Shown here piece by piece: positions 12,240 to 24,722 of a stretch of DNA of 64,000 bases. The notes beneath the pieces were generated by a model. That model searched no databases. It was given only the letters and a program-made list of their open reading frames with translations, and was not told where the DNA came from. Source of the DNA: Takakia lepidozioides (lineage: Eukaryota > Plantae > Bryophyta); the NCBI GenBank assembly GCA_030704615.1, contig CM060734.1:21328001-21392000 (forward strand), in the 5' to 3' direction. The translations under genes and the position numbers were made by a program. Every line of letters starts with the position of its first letter. Position 1 is the stretch's first letter.

Positions 12240-15239
12240 AGCTGTTTTGCTTCAATTCCTTCTACTGCTTCGACGGCGGGACGAAGAAGATCCTAATCCT
12301 AATGCTCCGATGGGTTGAAAATCCGGGTCACCCTCGACTTCACCACCGTTGCCATGATCAGTGCTGGAATCGTCCTCCCTATCCGACCTCATATGTCCAG
12401 GCCTTTGAATCTGCAAGCGACCTTTAGTTCTCTCTGAGGTCGACTCCCTCTCCGGTCTTGAATACCATCCACGGTATCTGACCTGTTTGTGGGCCGATCG
12501 CCTACAAAAGGTTGGACTGTTCTCTGTCGTTTATGGACTTGGGACGCAATCGAAGGTGGTCTCGAAGGAGGTACCGGATGGGGGACTGCCCGAGATGGAT
12601 CGGCATTAGATGGTCCGGCATGTGAGGAACCACGGGTCTGCTGCGCAACACGTCGGTTAAGGTGGAATTGTAGTGGCAGGTTGTCATCATCCGAGGCTTC
12701 AACTTCCGCCCGGTCCAATGCAGCAGAATGATGCATGCGTGTGGAAAACAGATCAACCTGTTGCTCCTTAATGCCCGCTGTGTTGATGGGGAGCTGGATC
12801 GGTTTTGGCATTGTGGTGGAGCTGGTCGTATCGGTGAGGCATGATCCCGTCCCGTCGACTGTACAATGGGTTCGACACCATCGTTTGTATGAACAGGGTT
12901 GCGTACGTCGATCGGTCCTGGCAGTACATCACTCCTAAGCTCCATTGGGGCACTACCGGTGGCTTCAGCGTGTAGTGGGGGCGAGGGTCGACCCCAACTT
13001 CATTTTGAGGACCATGTTCTGGGGATGACACAATTGCAGCTTCACCTTCATCTGCGATACGCACTTCTTCAAGAAGGTCATCAAAGGTCGGCTGGATATA
13101 AGCATCATTCTCTGTGAATGTAAACGGGTCATACGCATTTTCGGGAGCATCATCGGATCCATCTTCACTATCGGAGGCAGATGATTCCCTCTGAGATGAT
13201 TCTCTCTAAGGCTCATCGTCACTCATCGAATCAGCCTCAGAAGCAGAGTCTTCGGAATGCAAATTCCTCTCATACCATGCTGCAGCATCATCCGCTGCCC
13301 TCTCACGTAGCAGTCGGCAATTGGTATACACATACACCAATTTGTCAGCCCTCGGGATTCAACCTGTTGCGAATCTTGTTGTGAACAAATGAGTAACTGC
13401 TCCAATTGCGTTCGCAAGAGATGAGGCAGAGCACACTTGAGCAAGAATACGCTTCGCAATGGGAGCCAATGTTCTTGCTCCAGCTCCAATCAGATCCCAC
13501 CATTCATGTGGCAGCATATTGAGCTCTTTTGGATCCGGCATGTCCTCAGAAAGGTCGCGGCGATCTGAGAAGCATTGGTACTCGGATATAGCTCTCTCTG
13601 CATGGTTCGGCGGAGCCAGTCGCATGAGCACTCGCACGAGGCCGGCCTTGGCATCAGCGTCGTCTCGGAGCATGGTATTGTCGAGCAAGAATGGATTGAG
13701 CAAAGCCCCCGCATAATGCAAGTCCGTTCGAACCATCGAACGACGGTCGTAAAATGCATCCTCAGCACTGTCCGCAAGTTCAGGTTCCAAGGAGAAGGGA
13801 GGATGCCTCAAGGATTGGACGTGCTTCTCAAGATTTTGCATTAGTAACCATGCCTTGCCCATTACTGGTTGCTTTCCATCAAACTCCCGCAAGACGATTA
13901 ACACCGGCTCTCAACCATATAAACAAAGTTTTCACATTTCTTCCAGAAATCATCGCTGCGAATGTTATTTCGAACTTTTTGACTTTTGCCCAATGACTTG
14001 GCTTTTCTGGAGTCCCGCAATGTCCGTGTGTACGCATCCCATTGAGGATCGATGATGGTGTGCTCCAGACTGCTCTTCACCGTCACCAACCGATCCACCA
14101 TCAAGAAGAAGTTAGTGACAAAACGAGTTTCGCCTGGATTGCGGAGGCTGTATTTGGGTTCGTGCCTCCTATATATTGCCAAAGGGATGTGGTGTGTGCG
14201 GATGAACGACACAACAGTCTTCGCTCGCTTGACAAGTTGTTTCACCCACTGTTCTTTTTCCCAATCTTCCAAAAATGAGGTCAAGGATATGAGCAGCACA
14301 ACTTGATAGTACATATGGGGATAACGTGCCAACAACATGTCTGCAGTGTTTATCATGTTAGCGGCATTGTCTGTGCATATTTGCACGATTCTATCACTTC
14401 CGACCTGTTCGATGAAGTCCGTCAATAGTTGGCATTGATAACGTCCATCTTTCTTCTCGCCGCTAGTGTCGACCGATCCCAAGAATTGTTCCCCAGCTGG
14501 ACATACGAGCATGACATTGAACAACGGTCTGTTTGTGACAGAACTCCAACCATCGGCACATAGTGCTTCCATATTTTCTGATGCACTCGCCCGTCCTATC
14601 GTTGACCTTTTGGGTAAGCTCGGTCATGGCGTCTTCTAGCAATCATGTGCGGAGATTGTGATAAGTCGGAGGCACGTACGTGGATCTGGACTCCGAGGTT
14701 GCTCTAACGGCAGAAACAAATGCCGGAAGCCTTGCACATTAAATGGTATGTTGGCCTCGAAGAAAAACTGCGCCCATTTTTTATCCAACTGTCTTTTCGC
14801 AGACAAGTTAAGACCTTCTTGCATGGATTGCTGCCGTAATCCTCTACTCCGTTGAAGTGTAGGGGTACAAAGAGGTGTTGAAGCAGGTGTTGCTCCGGCA
14901 CAACCCACTTGTCCAAGGACACCCGAAGCCTCACAAGAGTCGCCCTGGGTACTAATCGGGGCATCCTGACGGGAAGATGGAGTGTTCTGCTCAGAGGTCA
15001 TGTCCAGATCCAAAGACATTGGAATATTGCCTCCACACTGGGCAAAGTGGCTTTTTACCCGCATAGATGCTTTGGGGCATAAACCCACCCCAGCGCTCTT
15101 CACACCTTTATAGCCGAGGTGAGCAAACAACCGATCCTTACGATAAGAAAGCTTTAATCCACATAGGTTGCACTCAACACTACATGGCACTGACAGTGTT
15201 TGGGATTGCCGTATACCAAGGGCTCCATTCCTCCCTCAT
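12240..15239 (-). mobile_element. hAT-superfamily transposase (BED finger, DUF659/RNase H-like core, C-terminal dimerisation domain), frameshifted
   Basis: ECNLCG..RLFAHLG (BED); ADGWSSVTNRPLFNVM; IVQICTDNAANM; PGETRF; LHYAGALLNPF; WWDLIG..LAPIAKRILAQVCSASS/ERNWS. Confidence 0.92.
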
Positions 15240-15599
15240 CTTCACCCAATATCCACTCCCCTGGGACCTAGCGATGCAAACAACAAAAAACAGTCACCTA
15301 TAAATGAACGTGTTGTGAATGTAGAGTGCAATGCGATAGCCCAACACTTCTACACCTGTCAGCAACTCAAGTGGGTCGATGTGGGTTGTAGTGTTGAGCT
15401 TATACACAATCTGCTGAAGTGGCTTTGGTGGAAGCCACAACGGCAAAAGGTGCGCACCCTCCTCTTGGGCTACACTCTTGTTCAATGGAAGAGAACATCC
15501 AAAGCAACCTCAAGTGTTTGCGCCAAAAGAAGTGAGGTTGGTGACCCTCCTCCCTTATATATGATCCAAGAGGGATGAAAGTGAAATGAAATAAAAACG

Positions 15600-18500
15600 A
15601 ACCAATAGCGCCCACCCGAAAAAGGCTGTACAACCATATTTGTTGTAATTTTGAAATTAAGCGACCGCTAATACTACGGTCCGTATTTTTATTTTTTATG
15701 AAAAACAAGCGACCGCCACTACTGCGGTCGCTTTTATTTCCTTTCATTTTGTGCAATATTGCGGTCACTTCTATTTTGTATATTTTTAAATTTAAACGAC
15801 TGCACGTACTATTATTTTTTATTTCAAAATATAATGCGACTGCCGGTATGGCGGTCGCTTCATTTGTTAATATATTTAAAATAAAGCGACCGCCAATATG
15901 GTGGTCGCTTTTATTTTTAATATTTTGAAAAAAATGCGACCGCCAGTAAGGCGGTCGCTTTTAATCTTTATATTTTATGGCGGTCGTTTGTTATATATAT
16001 ATATAAACAGGGGGATATGCCCTGGTTAACTTTATATAAAATATTTTGGGGGCTAGCCCTAATACATTATTTAGGATTATTTGGGGGAAAAAATTAAAAC
16101 CCCTAATCGCCATAAGGCACACTCACTGTAATTAGTGGATGGAGAACTTAGCCGGAGAGCGACTCCTTTGAGCAAGTAACAAGACAACTGTGGCGACCAA
16201 CTGTCTAAAGCGATCGATCAGACCATTAATAGTAGAATTGGGATATAATTAGGCTAATCCGATCAGGAAGTTTCCTAGGGATTAGCGACCAGCCAATCCC
16301 ACCGGCTAATTATTGTTCAACGGTAGTTGAGCCTAGAAGCTGTCGCTGTGGATTTTATGTGTTTCCAGTTAACCTCCCGGTCGAATTCCGGGGAAGCTGT
16401 GGATTGTCGAGCGCCTGTTTCGCCATTGTAAGGGCGGAAGCTCCGGCCAGATGCAGGAGTCCTCCGAGGAGGTGACACAGATGAGGTCGTGACGTGCCCA
16501 GGTGTTCCTGAATGCCTCGTAGATGGCCTTCGCTCCTCTTGAATTGCGTTGGATGTCTGTACAAAGTTTAGCCCAGGCCTTATGGGATTCAATACCCAGA
16601 TCATAGAAGATGAGTGCCATGAATGCAAATATTGAGGTACTGTTTCCAGAGAAGGTTTTGGCGCATCTGGCTTTCCATAGGTGCCATAGGACGGATCCTC
16701 TAAGAGCTTCGAATACAGGGCATGGGAGAGATTTCTGTTTGGAGGATGTCAGTAACTGATAGAGGCCTGGGGCTCCAGTGTCTATAAAAATCCTTTACAA
16801 GAGGCCAGATGGTACGGGGGGCCAGGCATCCCAGAAGCGCATGCTCTATGGTTTCCAGTATACCCGAGGGGCAGCATGCGCAGAGGAGCGAGGAATGGAA
16901 TTGAAGCCACTCCCCCACTTTCAGTACCCTGTTAGCAATCTGCCAGAGGAGGGTCGCCACCTTGGCTCGACATGTCTTGATCCAAACATATCCCCAGATA
17001 ATAGACCATTTCTCATTAAGAAATCTGTGGTGGTGCCACCTTGTGTCCCACTTAGATTGTAATGGCTTGGCGTTCAATAGGGCTTTGTATCCATGCTTTG
17101 TAGAGTAGGTGAAGAATGGGTGGGGACCACTGGGAAAGCTCCATGACCATTCCCCCAAAATCCAGGGGAAGCTCAGCCAGAGGTCTGCCTAGGACCCAAA
17201 AGAATGTATTAACCTGCAGCCATTCGACGGTGGTTTCCAGGGGTGGCGGGATAGGGTTCATGTCCTTGGAAGGAAGACTCCATCCACAGATTCTGACCGG
17301 GGTTAGGGGGGTCCAGGGAATGTGACTGATTTGATCTGAGAGGAGCTGAAGCAGCATTGAGCCCTGATTGATGGAGAAGGGGAAGATGGCATGATGCGAG
17401 GCAGTGGATTCTTGTACAAAGAAGATGGAGAGGCTGCCTCGGAAGATAGCCAAAGCCCAGTGGTTGCGCAGAGGCAACGTCGGTCCCAACTGCAGGGTGG
17501 TTTGCCATAGGGGAGAGATGGATCTTTTGATTTCATCCAGGCCTTTGATAGCTCTCGCTTTCCCAACCATTATGGCGATGGTGTCCAGTGATTTCCAGTC
17601 CCCATTTGCCCATAAGTGACTGATCTGTGAAATTCCAAGGTGATCCCAGGCTGACCATCGTTTTGCCTCCTTCTTTTGGATAGCCGTTTTCAGGAATTTC
17701 CTTAGCTTGTCCCAGGCTCTCCATATGGTTTGCGAGAGCGGGGACCTTGCCACCTTGTGTTTAAACCCTTGTGTCGCCCATCTAAAGGAGGGGTTCCATC
17801 TGGCTTTTTTGAGTGGTGAAGCCTGCATAATGCAATATTTCTAAAATCAAGCGACCGCCCAATGGCGGTCGCTGTTTTTTTTTTTTTTTTTTTTTGAAAT
17901 TATTCGACCGCCATATGGCGGTCGCTTGTTCTGTACATATTTACAAAATTGTGCGACCGCCAATACGGCAGTCGCTTGTTTTCTTTTTTAAATTAGGGCG
18001 CGCCAATGCGACCGCCAATCATGTTTTTTTTTAAATAAATTGAAGCGACCGCCAAGATAGCGGTCGCTATTTCTTTTTTTAATTCGAAAAATAAAGCGAC
18101 CGCCAGTGCGGCCGCCAATCTTGCTTTTTTTTAAAACAAATTTGAAGCGACCGCCAATATGGCGGTCGCTATTTCTTTTTCTATTTCGAAAAATAAAGCG
18201 ACCGCCAATCTTGCTTTAAAAAAAAATAAATTGAAGCGACCGCCAATACGGCGGTCGCTATTTCTTTTTAATTTCGAAAAACAAAGCGACCGCCATAATT
18301 GGCGGTCGCATTCATTTTGTTAATTTTCAAAAATGTATTTGCCACCGTGCGACCGCCAATACGACCGCCAATCTTGTTTTTTTAAAATAATAAATTGAAG
18401 CGACCGCCAACATAGCGGTCGCTATTTGTTTTTTTAATTCGAAAAATAAGGCGACCGCCAGTGCGACTGCCAATCTTGCTTTTAAAAAAAACACATTTGA

Positions 18501-18680
18501 AGCGACTGCCAATATGGCGGTCGCTATTTTTTTTTCTATTTCGAAAAATAAGGCGACCGCCAGTGCGATCGCCAATCTTGCTTTAAAAATAAATAAAATT
18601 GAAGCGACCGCCAATACAGCGGTCGCTATTTCTTTTTAAATTTAAAAAAACAAAGCAAATTGGCAGTCGTGTTCATTTTG
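15600..18680. repeat. Degenerate GCGACCGCC/GGCGGTCGC hairpin array upstream of the hAT gene, split by a LINE
   Basis: Units at 15600-15990 and 17830-18680 with the same core motif. Confidence 0.9.
15991..17829 (-). mobile_element. 5'-truncated L1-like LINE (ORF2 C-terminus with zf-RVT, 3' UTR, (TA)n tail)
   Basis: KVATLLWQIANRVLKVGEW..CACC..ETIEHALLGC..TIW; SPLSQTIWRAWDKLR; (ta)n at ~15991-16006; array resumes on both sides. Confidence 0.85.
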
Positions 18681-20339
18681 TTAATTTTTTTGAACATGGA
18701 GAACTTAAGTGACTTGTGGGAAACTTATTGAACTTTTTAACCTATTTGACTTGCATTACTTATTGACCTTTCTCCCTTAAGCTAAAGATTGAGCTTGAAG
18801 AAGGGGAACCTAGCCCTTCTCAGTGAGTGTCTTGGACTCAAGCACCCGGAGAAGGAGGGGCAGTTGGAAAAGGAATTGGGGTCCTCTCCTCCTTAGGTTT
18901 GGGAGTGCTTTGTGAAGGGATGAAGGGATATCCCGGCTATAAGCGGCATATTCACACTACATATGTGGTGTGGCTCACCCTTTTTAAGTGACAACGTCCT
19001 CGGGAACCTAGGCATTAGGAGTTAGTAATAAACAAAGTCTTGGAGGGCAGTTACATCACAACTAAAAATCATAAACAAACCATAAGACTAGGAAACGCAA
19101 ATCGCCTTGTGAAGAAGAGTAGTTGAGCTCTTCTTGCCGGTAGGAATTAGAAATTGTTAGTCACCCTTACCACGACCCCCCTAGCTAGTATGTCGTTGCC
19201 CTGGCCGTGCGCGCCCAGGGCTCGTCAATGGCCCAAGATGATTGTAAAATAAGCGCACTCTATGGTCTAAGGGGAGTAGGGAGCTGACCTACTGAAACCC
19301 TGGAGGTGGTTTGGCCAGGAGTTTTTTGACCTTGATCATGATGGTAGAGTTGGGGTGGGTATGGATGAGTGATGAGGGATCATTGGGGTAAATTGACCTG
19401 GGGAAGGATGGATGGCAAAGATGGACAGAATTTGAGTTGCCACGTGGAAGAAATCAAGGGGAAGTGGAAGCTGGAGGAAATGAAGACTAGGGGTAACCAG
19501 AGAAGGATCGAGTTGGGAAGGTAGGGTAATAGAAGATGGGAGAGAGATTGAGGGGAGCTCTTTGCGGGTGGAGTTTTTGGGGGAGTTCCTGCAGCAAAGC
19601 AGCCAACAACTATTTGAAAATCTCTTGTCAGTGTAGAAAATGAAGCATGGGGAAAGATGGGAAAGCACCTGGCCCTGCATTCCGGTAACCACCTTCGCAG
19701 TTGTGTCCAGCATTGGAGCCTGCTGCGAGTCCTGGGGAGAGCCTGGAGGAGCTCCGATGGAGGAGCTCGGAGGATGGACTTGAAGTAGGGGTGGCGGCTG
19801 AGAAAGCCGACCATGTGGCAGGAAGAAATTATTGGACTTGATGTTGACGGCGACAATAGAGCCGTGAGAAGTCTGTTGTTGATAAAAAGCGCCGCTCACT
19901 TGTGATGGAGTTTAGATGGTGCTAGGATGAAAGGACGATGATTAGGAAGTAAGATATTAAAGTTATAGTTTTGAAACGAGTATTTTGAAGTACATAGTGC
20001 AAGAAAAAACTAGAATCTTGGGGGAAGAAAACAAATGGACCATGATGGGAAATGCAGCTGAACAATCCCAATGTGCAGGGAAGGAATGGGGGCTATCGAT
20101 GGAATCTTGAGGTGAGAAAGACAAAGAGACCGTTGGGAGTCTCTCACCGCAAACCACGGAGCTCCTACATCGCTCTCGGCCGTTAATTTGATTAATGGGC
20201 TTGTCCCTTTTCTTTCAAAAATAAAATAAAATTGGACAATGGTGATGTCATCATCAACAATGAATAAACACGTAGTCAAAGTCTTCTCCGTGCTTCTTGA
20301 CTGAGTTGCTGCCTTAACCTAGCAAGGGTTCTCACACAA

Positions 20340-20698
20340 TAGAGTTATCAGTAAAGGGTCCCAAACTCGGCACGAGAACCCTGAGTTTGACCAAAACTCG
20401 GTATGAAACTCGGCACGACTAGAAAAAAACACGGGACCAAACTGTCAGGACTAGGAAAATGGGGGTGGCAGGAGTTTGGTGCCGAGTTTTGTTAGTCGTC
20501 GAGGCGGAGGCGGTCAGAGCTCACGAGCTCGCGCCATAGCAGCGGTTGCCCTCATCCCCAGTTTATGATTTGGTGCCCTCTTTTCTGACTTCGTGCTCAG
20601 TTTTCTGCACTTTACAGATTAACTCAAACTCAGGATGAAACCCGTAACTCGGGTCCAAACAGGGTACCAAACTCAGGCTCACTTTACGGATAACTATG
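20340..20698. mobile_element. Small non-autonomous hAT-like element (MITE) ~210 bp upstream of the host gene ATG
   Basis: Imperfect 17-bp TIRs: tagagttatcagtaaag versus reverse complement catagttatccgtaaag; internal aactcgg/ccgagtt motifs; no clear TSD. Confidence 0.6.
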
Positions 20699-20909
20699 TC
20701 TCTCCCTCTGTGTGCACAGCTGCAGAGTGAGGAAAGGAGAATCGGAACTAAGCAGCACCTGTCATCGTCGGCAGTGGAGATTGTGGACGCATTGAAACGA
20801 TTAGAAAGAATCACGGGCAGAATCGAGTGTCAAGGGAAGATCTGCGTCCAGGGAAAGTGGACTCGGAGGAGGGAGCCGCATTTGGAGAGGTAGTAGAGCT
20901 GCAGGCAGG

Positions 20910-21867
20910 ATGTCAGGGGCTACGTTGGCAGCGGGAAGAAGACCTGACACTGGCAAAGCAGATAGGATGTACAACGGCAGGGCAAGTGATGCGGGAATGC
21001 TTGGAGGTGTAATGGGATCGCTGCGGGTAGTGGACCTACAGCTGCTGGCTTTCATTGTGGTGTTTTCCGCAAGTGGGATGGTGCCCATCGGCGATCTTGT
21101 ATTTCCTATCTTCATTTCAATCTATATATTCCTTCTTTCCAGTTTAGTGTTTCCTCAGTATGGATCAAGCAAGGCGAATGAAGTCTTCAAGGGAAATCGG
21201 TGGTTCCAGGGTTATGTGATAGTGGGTACCGCTGTTGGCCTCTTCTTGCCTTTAGGGTATGTGCTCGGTGGATTTGCGAGAGGCGATCAGCAGTCTGTGC
21301 GTGCGGCCGTTCCCATTTATTTCTTCTGTCATTCCAGATTTTGAGTGAGAATCTGATCATTGGCTTGCAAATTTTCTCTCTACCAGTGAGAGTATTGCTG
21401 CCCATCTTCTACAGTGTGCGCCGCCTCTTTCTACTGGCCGATTGGACGCAAGAAGTCTTCTCCCGTTCAGTTATTTACCCCAACGCCAGTCTTCAGGTGC
21501 GACTGTCCCCCTTTATCGTAACTCCTCGTGTCTGCGCATGTGGTGTGTTAAAGGGGACTAGGGACTTTTTTGATTCACTTGGGAAGGAGTTGCTGGGAAT
21601 GGCGGAATGTCGTATGGGATTGTTGCTGACCTTGCTTGATGTTGGTGTTTGCAGAATACAGCATGGCTGTCGTTTGGCAGAAGCTTGGCTATTGCCAACA
21701 CGGTTTACTTCAGTGTCAACCTCTTCGGTTTCCTAATTCCCATGTTTCTTCCACGTGCGTTTGAGCGCTATTGGGAGGACAAAGCGCAATACATCGCAGA
21801 CAAGAAATCTGCCAAGCCACTCCCTACCCCGGCACCCCCACACTCAGAGCAAAAGAAGGAGAGATGA
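20910..21867 (+). CDS. Conserved plant multi-pass membrane protein of unknown function (resembles the Arabidopsis At1g27990/At5g52420 family); exons 20910-21496 and 21655-21867
   Basis: GGVMGSLRVVDLQLLAFIVVFSASGMVP..LFLPLGYVLGGFARGD..HLFLLSFQILSEN..FLIPMFLPRAFERY; GT-AG intron 21497-21654; one missing C at ~21312 (gttcccat). Family assignment is from recall, not a search. Confidence 0.85.
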
Positions 21868-22730
21868 TTAAATCACTTCTAATTATGTATGGAGGAATCT
21901 TATGATCCATGTGCGGAGCTGTCGTATTTTGCAAGCACTTGGATCGATTTGTACAGTGGGCCAGCCTTTTATCATTTGCGATAAAATTGCGAGGCGGAGC
22001 TGTGCCTGCAATCTGTTTCAACCAGACTGGGCACAGGTGAGGGTTGGGTAGATCTCCATGCCACAGGCCTGAGTGACTACTTACATAGCTCATTGAAAGG
22101 CTTGAGACCGGAGGTATACAAAGATTGAACATCTTGATGCTTTGATTTTGAAGGTTTCTGCTTTGCATTTTTGCTGCAAACCAGAAGGTCTTGGGAGTCG
22201 TTTGTCCCCCAGCCTCAACAGGATGTGAAATGTTCAATAACGATCTTCAGAGCTTGTAACACTCTTTCTATTTGTCTTCCAGTCTGCTGGTTGTGCCATG
22301 TTTGCTACAGCCAAATCCGTTCTTTAAGTCTCATCCACTATATGATAACAGAGTTGGAATTTTTTCTTAATTTCTTGATTTTGGAGACTCAGCGTGCAGT
22401 GCCCAACCATGTCAAGTTGATGACAATTTCCTACACACAAACTACACACAAACATAGTCATTATAAGCATGTGCATTGTGTGTATCCTTACTTGACCTTA
22501 AAGAATGACAACTTCGAAGCCTGCTGTAACAAAGATTCTCAAAGATTGCAAAAGCTGCCCAAAGAAAGGCCGAGGGCAGGTCTCAAGTCTCAACCAATTA
22601 TCAAGCACTAATAGATCAAGAAGCCCAGTAAGGTAAACAACATAAACTAGTAGATCCCTCTCTGAATCCAATAAAACCACTGCAGCCTTGGTGCTTGCTA
22701 ATTTAGTCAAAGTTCTCCCCCAAAATTCAC

Positions 22731-24001
22731 TCAACCATGGATTGTCAGAGTGTCAAGCAGGCGGGCATGCCAAAAAGAACACTTAAAGAACACATTTCTC
22801 TTGGAAGTTGTAAAGATTTCCTCCTCCAGATTTAGCATACAGCTGCACATCAACACTCCCACCTTAACCTGAGGTACAAAATAGAACTCAACATCTATCT
22901 CCAAACTAATGTCCTCGAGCATTGGGGATGTATCCAAGAGATTGCTACTGGAAGCATAATCGCGAGCACGAACAATAGCACTCCGTGAAGTTGTAGCAAA
23001 CTCATCTTCCCTTTGAGATTGTGAGAAAGTAAAGAGGGGTTCATAAATAATAGCAAGAGTCATCCTCAACCTAGCTTGACAAACCTGTTTGTAAATTTCG
23101 ATTGTTCTTTCATCTAAGCAATCCATTGGGTTTGGTATATAGAGGACGAGTGGCCACTCTTTCACCTTTGATGGCACATCCATGCATAATCCAAGGGGGC
23201 GGCAGATATAGGGATTCTCCCAATTTGCCCAGCCACGTTTATCTTGTAATCCATATAGTTTCATTAGTACCAAAGTCATAGCATATACAAATCAAAGCAA
23301 CATATGTAGATTGTGTCAATAAACAAAGAATAAAGAATGGATCATTTCTTATCAACATGATATAATATTTGTATGCAAAAAAAACTTACCCGGAGAGCTT
23401 TTGGCACCACGCAATAAAACAACCCCCCAATGTTGGCAAGATCTGTAATATTAAACATGATAGCTATTTGTTCTGCAACTATCATTTGGCAGTTTCTGCT
23501 TCAAAGGGCTGCAATGTGTGTACATCATTCCATCGCATATAGGAATCCACCCTGATAAGCAAGGGTTCACATTTTATTTTTGTCACAATGACCTTTTGTA
23601 CCCCCTCCATTGTCAACGTCCCAAACTGGTGTGGAAGTGTAAATGCTTTTAATTGAGTTGTACTCCGGTACGTACTGGCCAAAGCCACCTTCAGAAGCCA
23701 TGTTTGAAGATCCCCCCACCCTCCTACTTATGGTATTGGGTGTATTTCTACCCATGTGAGAGCAAAACCGAATCTAACACTTGTTTGGACAACATTGCCA
23801 GTGTTGAAGATGAATGTGGTCTGAGGACGCCAAGGAGTGATGGGTCTTGTTGCACTAGCCGTGCCATTGGACCTCAAGTGCCTAACTTTATGCAAATCCC
23901 TGCGATGACTTCACCGAACCACTCCCTGCTTGCCAGCTCGCATGTATCAATTCCGACATATTCACATTGGGCATGTCTGCGTCCTCCTTCAAACTGAGTC
24001 C
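22731..24001 (-). pseudogene. Old remnant (3' half) of a SWIM-type Mutator-like transposase
   Basis: After acceptor ttttgtctatttcag: GLSLKEDADMPNVNMSELIHASW, matching EICLDSDTDMPTTNMAESVHSSW at 51422 with the same intron position; later VPSKVKEWPL and KVGVLMCSC resemble PEPPGVWPV and IGVEPTCNC. Confidence 0.6.
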
Positions 24002-24189
24002 CTGAAATAGACAAAAGAACTTGTAAAATATTTGGACTACATTGGAAAATATTCTAGGCTGCAAGCTATTTTTCCCGTTGTAAGAGAGAAAGGTGGAACA
24101 TGGGGGGATGACGGGACACATCATAAGTCACCAGAGAAGAATTCGGCACAGACTTCCTAGTGTCGACTCCGCTTGCATACACCCGCAGA

Positions 24190-24660
24190 TGGAAAGTCGG
24201 TATCGAATCTAGAAATGCGGCGCCATTTTTCCAGAGTCGGATACAGGCACTCATGGGACAGCCGTTTTGGGCCCCAACCTGGATATATGGCGCCGAATTT
24301 CCAGTCTGGGGGGCCAAAATGGCTAAGTCCCCGAGTACCTTCCGATGTCATGGGACTTAGCCATTTGGGGCCCCAAGCATCCATATGGCGCTGAATTTCC
24401 AGTGTGCGGCCGGAAATGGCCAAGTCCCAGGGGTGGCCTTGCCCGAATCTGAAATGCGGCGCCATTTTTCCAGAGTCGAATACAGGCACTCATGGGACTT
24501 AGCCGTTTTGGGCCCCAACCTGGATATATGGCGCCGAATTTCCAGTCTGGGGGGCCAAAATGGCTAAGTCCCCGAGTAGTTTCCGATGTCATGGGACGTA
24601 GCCGTTTTGGGCCCCAAGCTGGATATAGGCACTTAGCCACTTATGGGACAACCATTTCCA
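24190..24660. repeat. Intronic array of GGCGCCGAATTTCC and GGCTAAGTCCC/GGGACTTAGCC motifs (cargo gene copy A)
   Basis: Repeated atggcgccgaatttccagtctggggggccaaaatggctaagtccc following the donor site at 24722. Confidence 0.9.
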
Positions 24661-24722
24661 CGCCAAAGAATTGGGCGACATAGAAAATGGGTACGAATGT
24701 AATAAGAGCCCAGGAGGTTTAC

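Noticed and set aside
8068-18614. Short MKRPP..AVA ORFs in the hairpin arrays
   Set aside because: Translations of the repeat unit, not genes.
18690-20280. Pro/Ser-rich minus-strand ORFs, possible LINE ORF1 remnant
   Set aside because: No recognisable domain or boundaries; left unannotated.
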